Source of the DNA: Paraspadella gotoi
Lineage: Eukaryota; Animalia; Chaetognatha
Length of the DNA stretch: 64,000 nt
Assembly: GCA_051294375.1 (NCBI GenBank)
Contig: CM119271.1
Span: 13,640,372 to 13,704,371 of the forward strand
Reading direction: 5' to 3'
Position numbers and translations under genes: made by a program
In this document: positions 14,781 through 32,329 of the stretch, in pieces
Numbering within the stretch: the first letter of the stretch is position 1
How the letters are laid out: every line of letters begins with the position of its first letter
The notes under the pieces: generated by a model
What the model saw: only the letters and a program-made list of their open reading frames with translations
Told to the model about the DNA's origin: nothing
Databases searched by the model: none

Positions 14781-14870
14781 GTGGAGGTGGTCGAGATAAA
14801 AATGGCGAACAAAATGAGATAAATCGATTCATCTCATTTTGTTCGCCATTTTTATCTCGACCACCTTCAC
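14781..14870. repeat. ~90-bp near-perfect hairpin/palindrome
   Basis: gtggaggtggtcgagataaaaatggcgaacaaaatgagat-aaatcgattc-atctcattttgttcgccatttttatctcgaccaccttcac; noisy copy at ~16315-16410. Confidence 0.85.
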
Positions 14871-14886
14871 TTCACCTTCACCTTCA

Positions 14887-14924
14887 CCAGTCTCTTCGGA
14901 GGCGTGGGTTCGAATCCCACCGCT
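14887..14924 (+). pseudogene. 3' half of a tRNA-Leu (AAG/TAG family) gene
   Basis: CCAGTCTCTTCGGAGGCGTGGGTTCGAATCCCACCGCT matches the 3' anticodon stem, variable arm and T arm of metazoan tRNA-Leu(AAG). The noisy copy at 16428-16470 ends ...CCGCTGCCA. No 5' half seen. Confidence 0.75.
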
Positions 14925-16924
14925 TTTTTTTTCTTTCCTTCCGTTTAACTTCGCACGTTTTATTTCCTCACGTTATTGATCCCGGTGCGGCGAGCGCGCC
15001 GGAGGCGCGGGCGGAAGGGCGGCGGAGGGCGGCGGCTAGGGCAGGCGGAGGCGGCGGCGAAGGCGGCGGAGGCGCGCGGAGGGCGGCGGAAGCGGCCGGA
15101 AGGCGGCGGAAGGCGGCGAAAGGGCGGCGGCAGGGCGCCGCGAAAAGGGCGGCGGAGGGCGGTGGAAGGCCGGCCGGAAGGCGATACCGGTGAGAGGGCA
15201 GTGAGCGCGTCGTGTCTCAATGGCGGCGATGGGCCCGGATTTAAACAATGCGGCGGACAGGCGGCGGAAGGCGGCACATGAGCTAGTCCCACCGGCGGCT
15301 GCGATCTTTGGCCGCGATGGCAGGCGGTCGGTTTAAACTGTAGCGGCGAAGCGGCGAAGATGAAAGCCGTCGACGGGAGCGGCGGTCTTGCGATGGCCGC
15401 GGCGGCGGCGGTGTTTACCGTGGGCGCGGAAAGGCGGCGAACATGAAAGCCCGTCGACGGGAGCCGGCGCGTCTCTGCCATTTGGCGGCGCGCAGGGCGG
15501 CTGATTTTACCGCTGCGCCGGCGAAAGGCCCGGCGAAGCCCAATGAAAAGCCCGTCGACGGGAGCCGGCGGCTTCTTGGATGGCGGCCGGCGGCGGTAGT
15601 TTACCCGTGGGCGCGCGAAGGCGGCGAAGCATGAAAGGCCGTCGACGTGAAGCCGGCGGTCTTGGATGGCCGGCGGCGGCGCGGTGGTTTACCGTTGGCG
15701 GCCCGAAGGCGGCGAAGATGACGTTTATTCTTAAAATTATCTCTTTTCTTAAATTTCGCTTTCCGAAGTTTTTCGTTTTATTTATTAATTTTGTAATTCG
15801 TCGCTCGTTATGAGAGCGAACTTGTCGTCGTCGTCGTCGTCGTCGTCGTTTCCACTCTCCAACATCCCCTTTGAGTCTTAAGGTGCTCGAGCGATCAAAG
15901 AGGCCAAACTCAGCCCCGCCCTTTTTGGGCCAGAACTTCCAAGGTCACGCGACACCAAGGTCTTTTTATTTTCTTTTTGTTTTCTTTTTTTTCTTTTTTC
16001 TTTTGACGCAGCTTCTCTTCCAGGTTTGATCTCAAGCTTTGAAAAGTTTTCATCCCGAAAAAAAAACCAATGCACCCAATAGATTTAAGTGCCTTTCGTT
16101 TAATGCGTAAAAAGATTCTATAACATGAGTGCGCGAAGTTAATTGAATTATCCGGACGCCAAAATGAATCGCTCTCGATAAAGAGATAAAACGATCTACA
16201 TGTAAATTGGAATAAACGGATATAAAAATATTTCTATGGGAGGCAGTAGTTAAAGCCTACATAACTTTAAATATAATATGCAAAAATTATTAATAATATT
16301 ATATTAAAGTGTAAGTGGAGGTGGTCAGCATAAAAATTGGCGAACCAAAATGAGATTAAATTCGATTCATTCTCATTTTGTTCCGCCATTATTTATCTCG
16401 ACCACCTTCACTTCACCTTCACCTTCACCAGTCTCTTCGCGAGGCTGGCGTTCGAATCCCACCGCTGCCAGCCAAGTGAGGTGCGTCGCAGTAAAAATGG
16501 CGAACAAAATGAGATGAAATCGATTTATTGAAATCAGAAAACGAATGGAAAATCGAATTGGCTAATTGTACAAAGTGGCCATTCATTTTTATATGGCTGC
16601 AGAGAGAGAAAATTTTGGTTTACATTTGTAAAGTAAAACAATTCAAAAAATACTTCCAAATAACGTAACGTTTTGCGACCCGGACGTTTGAACAGACAGG
16701 GAGCAAAATAGTTCTTAGCGGGCATTTGGAATTTTTAAAGAATTCGGCCGGCGATTTTATTNNNNNNNNNNNNNNNNNNNNNNNNNTACTTTCTTACTAA
16801 TAATAATAATCAGGATCTCCACTGTGTCAAAAGTCTGGGGCGAGATAGTTTATTGAATGAATAATTATTGATTAATTTTTATATTGCTTATACCGATTTT
16901 ATAGACAAAACCCTGCAAGGTTTT

Positions 16925-17036
<112 letters not shown>

Positions 17037-17499
17037 AATAAGGAATATGGTAAAGTTGTATTTATCTCGCAAGAATATTTTCTTACATCACGAAATAGAA
17101 GTATATTTCTAAAATCGAATCAAAAACATTCCAAAATAATCACCGAATGCCCGAATATCTCAATATTCGGGCATTAAATATTAAAAAATAAACTCACATC
17201 CGAATTTCCTCCCGAAATCGAATATTGAATAATTGAATCGATCGGTGAATGCAATGCGCCCTTTCGGCCTTATTTTCCATAAGGCGCCATATTTCTTTTT
17301 TAAATTCGGAATTGAGTTATTTTTAGGTTTGAAGATTAGGCTAGTGGGTAGTGCTAGGGACTATTGTTTAGGGTTAAAGTTTAGGGTTAAGATTAAGGTT
17401 AGGGATTGGGTTATAAGTTTGGTTATATACCATATCAGATGAACTCGGATGAAATCCGCCGAGGACTCTCTGATTGGATGAATCATCATGATCATCATG

Positions 17500-17535
<36 letters not shown>

Positions 17536-18614
17536 TGTCTTCTTACTTAAATGATACTAAGGTTGAATATTAGCGTTAAAACCAAGTTCAGGAATTAAGG
17601 AAAAGAAATGGGTCGCTTTTAGAATAGAGAGCCCGACTTTTGAGGTCAACCAAGACTCGAGAATCTTCTTCCGATTTTTATTTGAAATTTTGATGCCGAA
17701 AAGAAAAAAAAAGAAGAAAAGAGAAAAAGAAAAGGATTTTCGTCTCCGTTTCAGGGTTTTGGTGAGTGATTGGTTGAGGTGATTGGTGATGATTGATTGG
17801 TTGGTAGAGTTATTTATTAGGTTATTGGTCGGGTGCTTGTAGTTATTGGTCGGGAGATTGGTTGGGTGCTTGGTGAGGTTGAGGTTGGCGATTGGTGGGG
17901 TGATTGGTGGGGTGATTTGTAAGGTGATTGGTGGGGTTGTTTGGTTGGGTGATCCTCCGAATGCTGGGGTGATTGTTTCTGGAATCGGTGATGCGATTGA
18001 TTGGATTATCATATGAATTTTTGTTTGTTTTTTTTTGATTGGTGCATTAATTGTTTCGGATGATGGTTGGTGTTTGTAACTTGAGTTTACTTACTCACGT
18101 TTTAATCCACAATTTCCTGTCGTCATTTTGAAGTATTCTTTTTCTTTCTTTCTTTTTTTTTTCTTCTTTTTTTAATTATTAAAGATGCATAAAATCGTTA
18201 AATCTTTACCCTACTACTATTAGCTTATTAACTCGGTTTTGGCGAAGTCACTGGCCAAGTTTTCGTTGGCTCGTCGTCGTAATTGTCTTTTGTTTATATT
18301 TGGATTTTTTTTTTGCAACTTCCAGCGCCGCGGTCCGAAAAAATAATTCATTTTTTTCTGAATATTTCTAAACAAAAAAAAAATTAAAAAGGGAAGCAAA
18401 AAAACTTTACCCGCGATAAAACTGCATTATGCGTAGGTGGATAACTACTAACTACTATGTAGGTTATATCATTTTATACAAACGACTAAATACCAAAGAT
18501 ATGGAAAAGCAAATCTAATCTTTTAGCTCGGAAATCTATCAATCAATTAATGAATCAATAAAATCTGTTTTATATATATATATGTAATATATATATCTCA
18601 TCTCTCTCACTTTA

Positions 18615-18648
<34 letters not shown>

Positions 18649-18899
18649 AATCTATCTCTCTCTCACTCACTCTCATCTCTCTCTCCTCCATGTACTCATC
18701 CGCAAAGTAACCTAACGCGTTGGCCAGAGTCCCGCGGGAGAGAGAGCTAAAGGTTGTCGTCGTTGTTGTTGTCGTTGTTGTTGTGGGTTCGATGAAGGAG
18801 TCGATTTCGTCCTTGAATCCTCATCTCAATTCTCCTCAGACAAACTGAAAAAAATGGGCAAAAGATTGAGGGNNNNNNNNNNNNNNNNNNNNNNNNNAC

Positions 18900-22978
<4,079 letters not shown>

Positions 22979-23088
22979 AAGAAAAGAAAGAGATATACGG
23001 AAGACAGAAAGAGCAAAACAAACTTCGAAGAAAGAAAAAAGACAGAAAGAAAAAAGATAAAGATAGAAATAACTATCCTTATAATCTT

Positions 23089-23130
<42 letters not shown>

Positions 23131-23142
23131 CTCTGCTTTCGC

Positions 23143-24552
23143 ATTCAAGAGTTGTTGTATGATAATATCCAACGCGACTGCGAACCGAATGAACACAACC
23201 TTAAATCCTTCTCAATTCTTTCTTTCTTTTTATTTCTTTCTTTCTTTTTTTATTTTTTTTTTACTATTTCTTTCTTTTTGTTTCTTTCTTTTTTTTATTT
23301 TTAGTTATTAGTTTAGATTTTTTGAAATATATTATATCGTATTGGATAAGGTGTAATCGTACAGTTCATAGTAAACCTTGTCTTCAAATTTCCTATTTTT
23401 CTGCCAAACACTCTGAACGACTCGGCTACAGTTTTTTTAAAAATCGATAAAATGTAATTTCAAACTTATCTCGTCTGTCCATTTCTTTTTTTCAATATTC
23501 TATATATTATATAAACAAACTCCCCTTTACTCATGATCCAAAACCGATGCGTCCTTTCCGCATCCACGCATCCCTCTAACCAAACATTTTCGTGTCGCTT
23601 TTTTTATCAAAACCAAAAATCTTTCTCTTTCTTTTTTTCTTTTCAGTTAGGGAATTTTGCAGGGTGGTGCTTATAATTCGAGCCTGTTGCTATGATAATA
23701 TCCAACCGCGACTGCGAACCGATATAACACAACCTTAAATCCTTCTCAATTCTTTCTTTCTTTTTATTCTTTTCTTTCCTTTTTATTTATTTTTTTTACT
23801 ATTTCTTTCTTTTGTTTCTTTCTTTTTTTATTTTTAGTTATTAGTTTAGACTTTTTTGAAATATATTATATCGTATTGGATAAGGTGTAATCGTACAAGT
23901 TTCATAGTAAACCTTGTCTTCAAATTTCCTATTTTTCTGCCAAACACTCTGAACGACTCGGCTTCAGTTTTTTTTAAATATCGATTAAATGTAATTTTCA
24001 AACTTATCTCGTCTGTCCATTTCTTTTTTCAATATTCTATATATTATAAAACCAAACTCCCCTTTACTCATGATCCCAAAACCGATGCGTCCTTTCCGCA
24101 ATCCACGCATCCCTCTAACCAAACATTCTTCGTGATCGCTTTTTTTATGCAAAACCAAAAATCTTTCTCTTTCTTTTTCTTTTCAGTTAGGGAATTTTGC
24201 AGGGTGGGCTTATAATTCGAGCCTCTGTGTATATATACTTGATTGGCAGGGTGCGAATGAGGAGTTAGGGAATTTGCAGGGTGCTGTGGTCTTATAATTC
24301 GAGCCTCTGTGTTATATACTTGCAATTGGCACAGGCGCGAATGAGCGAGTAGGGAATTTTGCAGAGGTTGGTGCTCTAATAATTCGAGCCTCTGTGTTGT
24401 ATATATACTTGATTGGCAGGGCGAATGAGGAGTTAGACGAATTTTGCAGGGTGGTGCTTATAATTCGAGCCTCTGTGTATATATACTGATGGCAGGCGAA
24501 TGAGGATTAGGGGAATTTTTGCAGGGTAGGTGCTTATAATTCGAGCCTCTGT
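23143..24552. repeat. ~545-bp tandem duplication followed by a ~75-bp minisatellite
   Basis: 23150-23690 is repeated at 23690-24225; then agttagggaattttgcagggtggtgcttataattcgagcctctgtgtatatatacttgattggcagggcgaatgagg about 5 times. Confidence 0.8.
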
Positions 24553-26656
24553 GCCCCCCCCCACCGTGTCCGTTTCGTCTCCACGAGTTTTCTTTAAAAA
24601 CCTTCGACTTTCATTTCTCTTCTCTCCACCCGTTGCCCCCCCCCATTTTAATTTTCGCGNNNNNNNNNNNNNNNNNNNNNNNNNGTTTTCTGTCTGTCTC
24701 AGTCTGTCTGTCTTTTGTTTCTTTCTTTTTCTTTCTCTCTCACACCCTCGTAATCATTGTCTCAACCCTTTTTCCTATTTGTTCACCCATTTAGTATATT
24801 TTCTCATCCATCCCTTCGTTATTTCTTCTTCCCCTCTAATTCTTATTCCTATCCCTTCTACTTCCTTTTCTTATCCCTTTCCCTTCCCTTTCCTTTCCCT
24901 TTTCATTCTCCTATCCCTTCTCCTTCCCTTCCTTTCCCTTCTCATTCTTCTCTCCCTTCTTCTTCCCTTTCCTTTCCTTTCTCTTCTCATTCTCTTATCC
25001 TTTTTCCTTCCCTCTCCTTTCCCTTCTCATTCTCCTATCCCTTCTCATTCTCCTATCCCTTCTAATTCCTTCTCTAATCCCTTCTCCTTAACTCTCCTAN
25101 NNNNNNNNNNNNNNNNNNNNNNNNNNNNNNNNNNNNNNNNNNNNNNNNNNNNNNNNNNNNNNNNNNNNNNNNNNNNNNNNNNNNNNNNNNNNNNNNNNNN
25201 NNNNNNNNNNNNNNNNNNNNNNNNNNNNNNNNNNNNNNNNNNNNNNNNNNNNNNNNNNNNNNNNNNNNNNNNNNNNNNNNNNNNNNNNNNNNNNNNNNNN
25301 NNNNNNNNNNNNNNNNNNTTATCCTTTTTCCTTCCCTCTCCTTTCCCTTCTCATTCTCTTATCCCTTCTAATTCCCTTTCTAATCCCTTCTCCTTCCCTC
25401 TCCTTTCCCTTCTCATTCTCCTTTCTCTTCTCATTCTCCCATCCCTTCTCATTTGTCTCTTCTCTCTTTACAACTTCCTTCCCTTCACGTCAGTTTCTCT
25501 TGATTACTTTTTTCCCTTTTCAAGACTTAAAAAAAAAATTTATCTCTCTTTTCACATCTTTTCCTTTTTTTCTTTTTGGTTTCCTTTTTTTTTCATTTCA
25601 ACTCGCGCATTTATTTTTCCATTTTCATCTTTCGCTCTCTTCCATTTGTACCTTTTTTTGAGTAACTTTCACTGGCTATATATTCCGAAAGCGCCCCCTT
25701 TCAACTTGAATCAAGAATTAAATTATTTTTAGTTGCGCCGCCGCGAGTACTCGCGAAGCAACTCTATTAGTCACTTTTTGGTCGATCTGTATGTCTGTCC
25801 GTCGGTCTGTCCCACTTACATTAAAAATACATATAATTCGCCTATAGTTGATTGCTCATTTGTTAAGATAGGAAAAAACCTTAAATCTAAGTGATTGTGA
25901 GATCCACTTTCAAGAAATCCTAAAACTTTAAAGAATAAAAGACAAAATTCTCATGCAATGCGTATCATAAATAAAGAAAAAAAAGTCGCTGCGGCGCAAT
26001 ATATTTGAATTAGTATTCATGTTTCTTAGGTTCAAAGATTAAGTTAAGGGTTGGTGACTATGTTAGGGATTAAAGCAAGAAACTAAGTTAGGGATTTGGT
26101 TAGGGTTAAGGTTTAGGTTTAAGATTTGAGGTTAAGGGTTAGGGAATAAGGATAGGGATCACGGTCAAGTGTTAGGGTTTAGAGTTAACGACTAGGTTAG
26201 GGTTAGAAAACAAGTGTTCAAGATTATTTAATAAATTTGGACAAAAATTTATATTAAATTTGGGGTTTAAATTTTAGTTCAGGGTTTAAAGATCAGAAAT
26301 GAAGCGCTCTCGGAAAATAGCGCAACTTTTTCTCCCTTCTTTTTTTCAGACTTTCATCTTTCTCCCCTCTCCACCTCCCATTGCAAGCCTTCTACTCCCC
26401 CTTCAGCCCCCCTCTGCCCCCCCTTCCACTCCCCCCCTCGGCCCCCTTCTCTCCCCCTTCTATCCCCTCTCCGCCCCTTCCACTCCCCTCATCCCTCCCA
26501 AATTTGCCGTTTCCGGCATTCAATTTTCATTTCTTTTTGTTTCTCTCTTTGAAAATCTTTCTCCTCCTTCTAAACTTCTCGTTTCTCAATCTTGATCTCG
26601 ACTCCCACTTCCTCTCCTCACTCACTCACCTCCCTCTCTCCTCCGTCTCCTCCTCC

Positions 26657-26709
<53 letters not shown>

Positions 26710-26733
26710 ATCATCTCTCTCTCTCTCTCTCAC

Positions 26734-26809
<76 letters not shown>

Positions 26810-26941
26810 GCTGTATATCATTTTCTTTCTTTGCCGATGTGCTTTTGTCTGTTTCCAGATAATGCATAAATGTATATGCATCACTTTAAATTTAGCTATT
26901 TTAAGATTCTATTTCCACTGATTTTCGGCGACGGTGTTTCA

Positions 26942-27021
<80 letters not shown>

Positions 27022-27754
27022 ACTCAAAAACTTATCTTATTTTAGTCAAGAGCTTCGATGCGTCGCTGCACCTCTTTAAGTCTTAAGAGTCGGTCTATCA
27101 TTCAGATAGAAAGTTAAATACTAGTACTATTAAACGTTATCATAAAATATATCACAAACTATTATCAAAGTTTAAATATTCAAATCATACTGATACATAT
27201 AAAAATATATAAAAGAAATAAACTATAAATTATCTTATTTGTCATCGTGGACGCATATCTTAAACTCTTTCACTCTCTCAACATTTTAGTTCCAATTTTC
27301 CGAAGTGGAAAGTTGTAAAGTTTGAATTCTACGCGTTACTTTTTAGCTAAAAAAAAATAAATTAAAAAAAATAAGAAAAAGAGAAAGAAAAAGATAATTT
27401 TTTTTAAAAATATGCGCCACATTCATAGCTTTAGTGACTGTTTGAATTTACTACGAGAGGTGGGAGCTGAAAAAAAAAATTCTGTATATATATCGAAAAT
27501 AAAATTTTTTCCACCATGTTTTCCTTGTCATCTCTAGAGGGTTTTATCGGAAAATAAAAAAAAAACATTTTAAAAGAAAGTTTTTTAAAAAAAAAGTTGT
27601 TGGGTTTAATTCAAATTCGATTTCTCACGACAAGACTCAATTTCTGGCAGATTTCCCCGGATAGAACTTACCTTACCTTTTTTTAAACCTTACCTGGTCG
27701 AATAGCGTCGTTACATTTGACTCGAGTATCTAAGACGTTATTTAAAAACCCATT

Positions 27755-28033
27755 TCGGCCTTATTTTCCCAGAACGGCCCATTTTATGTTAAATTGGTAA
27801 GTAGATTAATTTTTTTTTAAGTTAAAGATTTAGTTAAAGGTTAGGGTTAGGGATTAGGTTAGGGATTAGCTTGGATATTAAAGTAATAAAAATTAGGGAT
27901 AAGTGTATAGTTAAATTAAGGTTAGGGATTTGGGTTATAAGTTTAAAAATATATTTAATTTAAATAATAATATTGAAATTAAAATCCGGGATAAAAGAAA
28001 CTGAAATGGAACACTCTGGGAAAGGAGAGCCGA
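27755..28033. mobile_element. MITE-like element with imperfect TIRs and a degenerate TTAGGG-rich interior
   Basis: 5' TCGGCCTTATTTTCCCAGAACGGCCCATTT and 3' AAATGGAACACTCTGGGAAAGGAGAGCCGA. Relatives at ~17265-17420, ~26030-26325, ~45660-45870, 59672-59927 and ~63400-63563. Confidence 0.6.
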
Positions 28034-28684
28034 CAGTACTAAACCAAATCAACAAATCCGACGCAACAACCGCTCAGCACCTCAGCGCCTCTCGCGGATG
28101 GAACCGAGATTAGGCTGGGCAAAGAAAAAAGGGGATCAGGGCCACGAGTTTTTTTCTTTTTTTTTCTTTTTTTTAAATTTATGCAAACAAAAAGGCATCG
28201 GGAATTACCGGCTAAACTCCTTTGCATTCAAGTCACGTCTTTTATTCGAAAACCAGAATTAATTATTGTTTTTCTTTTTTTGCCTTCTCCTTCTCCTCCT
28301 CTTCCTCCTCTTACTCATTGTCTTCCTTCTTCTCTTCTTCCTTCTCCTACTCTTCCTCCTCTTACTCATTATCTTCCTTCTACTCTTCTTCCTTCTTCTT
28401 ATCACTTTTAATTGGCCATCAAATTTTTCGTTGTCCATCTCTGTAAAATTTGGTTATTTTATTTTAAAACTTTATATCATTGGTAAGAACTGGTAAGGTC
28501 GATGTCAAGAAACAGAAAAAATAAGGACAGCATCACTAAAACTAGGGTTTTGATTTATGGCAAGATACGACGCCATGATTGTTACAATGTCGCTATTAAA
28601 AAATGTAAGAATATGCCATAACAAAGGGGTCAGGTTTTGACTTTGGCGGCAAACGGAATTTTAAATAATTTTTGGCGTATTTCT

Positions 28685-28771
<87 letters not shown>

Positions 28772-30479
28772 CTCTCTCCCTCTCTTCCTCTCTCCCTCTC
28801 ACTCTCTGTCAAACCCTCCCAATCCAGAGATTTGACTAATCGTCTCCATGGCAACGAGGTATTTTCTTCCGAAGGTCCCGGATCCCGCCCGTCGTCCAGC
28901 TAAACGCCCGACCCACCGCAATCGCTTCTGCGTGGAACTTCGCAGTTTGGGCAATAACCGATTCGATGGTCGCTAAAATAGCCGCTTCGAATTCACGGCT
29001 TAAATAGTCGATAGTCTCGTCGTAACTCCAACCGTCCAGGTCGTCTGAGGTCGAATAAATGATTGTATCCAAGCGCTACTTAGCTTCGGTCGTCGGGACG
29101 TTAGCGCCGCATCAATCACTCGCTAGCGCCGCATCAATCACTCGCTAGCGCCGCATCAGCCGCCCATCGCTAGATGTTACTGCCCTTAAAAGTTAGTCGC
29201 CTTTACCGAGTTAACGACACTGTCGACTAACTGGTTAGTAACCATTCTAACCGACTTAACGACTCCGATTGCGGATGACCTTTACCTCCATTACAACCGC
29301 CATTACTGACCAGAGACCATTATTGACCCTCACTGACCATTACTGACCAACCACTGAACTTTTCCAATTGTTTTACTTTTTTTTTAAATAAATACTGGAG
29401 TACAAACTGTGCCCCTATCCAGTGCTAATATTGACAATTTCAAAAATATGGTTTTTTTTGTCAAAATGATAAAATAGTCGAGAACAGGCTTCACCGACTT
29501 AACCTTCCATTTCGATTGAGTCGACTCCCGCCGTCTCTTAATTCGCCCTCACCCCCGCCGCCGATAGCTCCTTACCCAAATTACGGCGACGCCCGTCTCC
29601 TTACTGCGACGCCGATGACGCCGCCCGTCCCCTTACTCCGGCGCCGATGAAGCCGGGTCCGTCCTTCGACGCCGTCGTCCCGTGACCTCGTTATTCGTTG
29701 GCGCGACGAATCAATTTAAACAAATGGAAGTTTCGATCGTCGTTCGTCTTCGTTCGTCGTCTTCTTCATCGTTGTCTTCGTTCGTCTTTGTTCGTCATCT
29801 TCTTTTTCGTCATCCCCATTGTCGTTTGTCGTCGTCATCGTCGTAGTAATTCATTGTGACCGTCTTCTTCGTCGACTTCATCGTCGTCGCCTTAGTCGTT
29901 CGTCCACCTCGTCGTCATGTCATCTTTGTTCATCATTCTTCGTCATCGTCACTGTCTTCTTCACCGTCGTCGTCTTCGTTCGTCTTCGTCTTCTTCTTCT
30001 TCACCATCGTCTTCGTTCGTCCCCATCATCGTTCGTTGTCGCCATCGTCGTCATCGTTCGTCGTCGTCCCCGTTCGTCGAACACAATGTCATTTACTGGA
30101 AGATATCGACTATGAAATACGAAATTTGTCCAGAAATTGGAAGATATGAGGTGTGAGGGGGAGTTATAAGGGGGAGAGGGGGGAGGGAAGAAAGGGGATG
30201 GAGACTGGGTTTGGGGGGAAGGTGAGAAGTGGGGACTCGGGCAGAGTGAGAAGCGGTTGGTGGGAAAGATGGGATGGCTGAGATCAGGGAGAGGTGTGGA
30301 CTGGGACGAGATTTAAGAGGTGAGAAGCGAAAGTAAAAAGATGAAAAGCGGATAGATATGGAATAGTTGAGATGAGAAGCGATAAGGAGGAATGACAATG
30401 AAATTTAGAAGCGGAATCGATGAAATGAGAAGCGGAAAAGAAGTGATAATATTCTTTTAACGTCATCTCATGCACTGTT

Positions 30480-31520
30480 AGTATAATGATTAAAAGTTTA
30501 ATTTCATAATGGAGTGCAGTGCAAAAGTTTACTCTTGATGTATGAAGATAATGGCCAAAACAGAGAAAAAACTTCGTAGTATTGCAACTACATACAACCA
30601 CCAAACCCAGAACAGACATTCAACCACTACCAAAACAGGCAATCATAACAAAAGAACACGAAATATAAAACATGAAAACATCACAGATATCTACGCAATC
30701 CCAACCAATCTCTTGATGTCCCCCTTTCGGGAAGAAAATATTGAAGAAGACAAGCCATATGCATGCATCCCATACATCCCGAACATAGCTCAATCACTTA
30801 AAAGATCACTCTTAAAGCCGGCATCAACACTTGTTTCACATCAGGCAACAAAATATAAGGACATTCTTTGCACCAAAAAACCGCACTCACCCTGACCCAA
30901 CAAAAAAAAGGTATCTATAAATACAACTGCCCATGTTCTGAGAAAGCCGTGTATATTGGCCAAAACCTCTCGCAGTTTTCAGACACGCTGGAAGGACATG
31001 AAAGAGCAATTGGAAAAGAGCAATGGCAACACTCCGGAATCTCCCCAACACTATAAAGATTGTCCCACTAACCCCGGATTTTTGCCAACGCAAGTATTAT
31101 TAAAAACGATGTCCGGAAAAAACAAAAAAAACTGATCCATGACCTTAAAACTCGCGAAGCACTGAAATTCGACGTCACAGTAGTGGACCTGGGAGGGTCT
31201 TAATGAAGACTGGGGAGCCTACGTGAAAACTGACGCGTGGAAACGTGTCTTTAATGACTTATGAAGGGTGGGGGGCCAACCCTTTTTGGGTTCTTCTGAC
31301 CACTTTAAGGTCATTTAGTCTTTAGCCTTTTCATTTGTTATTGTGTCTCTCTCTCTTTATTTCTCTATTTCTTACTTTGTAAAAAGTTTGTTTGTTAATT
31401 CTTTTTCTTCCACTGAAGATGACATAGAAACTTATGTCGAAATATATGGGGAAAATTTATAAATTTTTTTTTTGCACTGCACTCCATTGTGAAATTAAAC
31501 TTTTTAATCAAGTGATAATA
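30480..31520 (+). mobile_element. Penelope-like retroelement, 5'-truncated and frameshifted (RT thumb/GIY-YIG endonuclease remnant)
   Basis: Translates to IPYIPNIAQSLKR..., KKGIYKYNCPCSEKAVYIGQ (GIY-YIG) and ...GLNEDWGAYVKTDAW (TGA 31262-31264). Inverted pLTR-like segment: 30486-30525 versus 31471-31510. Confidence 0.85.
31402..31455 (+). ncRNA. Minimal type I hammerhead ribozyme in the Penelope pLTR
   Basis: Stem I TTTTCTTCCA/TGGGGAAAA; core CTGAAGA 31413-31419; stem II GACATA..TATGTC; GAAA 31439-31442; palindromic ATAT stem III; AUA cleavage triplet. Confidence 0.8.
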
Positions 31521-31943
31521 TTTTTTTAGAGAAGAAGAGAAAAAAAGAAAGAAAAATAAAATAAAATATAAGAAGACAAAAGAGATGAGAAGATAAAAGA
31601 AGAGAAGAGAAGAGAAGAGAAGAGAAGAGAAAAAAGAGAAAAGAAGAGAAGAGAAAAGAAAAAAAGAAAAGAGAAAAGACGATATCATTTTTATTTTCTT
31701 TTTTGGCTTCGTCAGTAATGAATTCCTTTGTCTTTATCGTCATCGTCGTCGTAGTCGTCGTCACTGTCGTCGTCTTGACTTGACTTGACTTGAAAGGCAA
31801 CGAGGGACTACCTGACTACCTCGTCGTCGTCGTCGTCGTCGTCGTTCATCTGTCGACGCCTGTCGCCATTGTCGTCGTCGTCGTCAATGAGGTATTCTGC
31901 CCGTCTCTTCGACGACCCTGGCCATGTTCCAATCCTACTCTCT

Positions 31944-31996
<53 letters not shown>

Positions 31997-32284
31997 CTCC
32001 CTCTCTCTCCCTCTCTCTCTCTCTCTCTCCTCTCCTCTCTCCTCTCTCTCCCTCTCTCTCTCCTCTCTCCCTCCTCTCTCTCTCCTCTCTCCCTCTCTCT
32101 CTCTCTCCCTCTCTTCTCTCTCTCTCTCACTCTCTCTCTCTCTCTCTCTCCGTTCTCCCTCTTTCTGTCTCTATCCCGTCTCAGTCCTCTCATCTTGCTC
32201 CCTGTCCTCGTCCTGCTCTCTCTCTCTCTCTCCTTGCCCCGCCCTGCTCTCTTCCCGTTCCCCCCCCCCTGATGTTGATGACAG

Positions 32285-32329
32285 ATCCAAGTTCCCATCA
32301 TTTTTCAGCCTCGTTGACCTCGTGGTGTA
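32285..32329 (+). CDS. Possible small upstream exon of the TANC/rols gene
   Basis: acag|...|gtaagg after a pyrimidine tract; phase 1-1; reads PSSHHFSASLTSWC; no recognisable homology. Confidence 0.35.

Noticed and set aside
11154-15813. Arg/Ala/Gly-rich ORFs
   Set aside because: Translations of a GC-rich minisatellite and its noisy duplicates; frames are not maintained between units.
24530-25732. 400-aa hydrophobic ORF
   Set aside because: Pyrimidine-rich low-complexity sequence read through N gaps.
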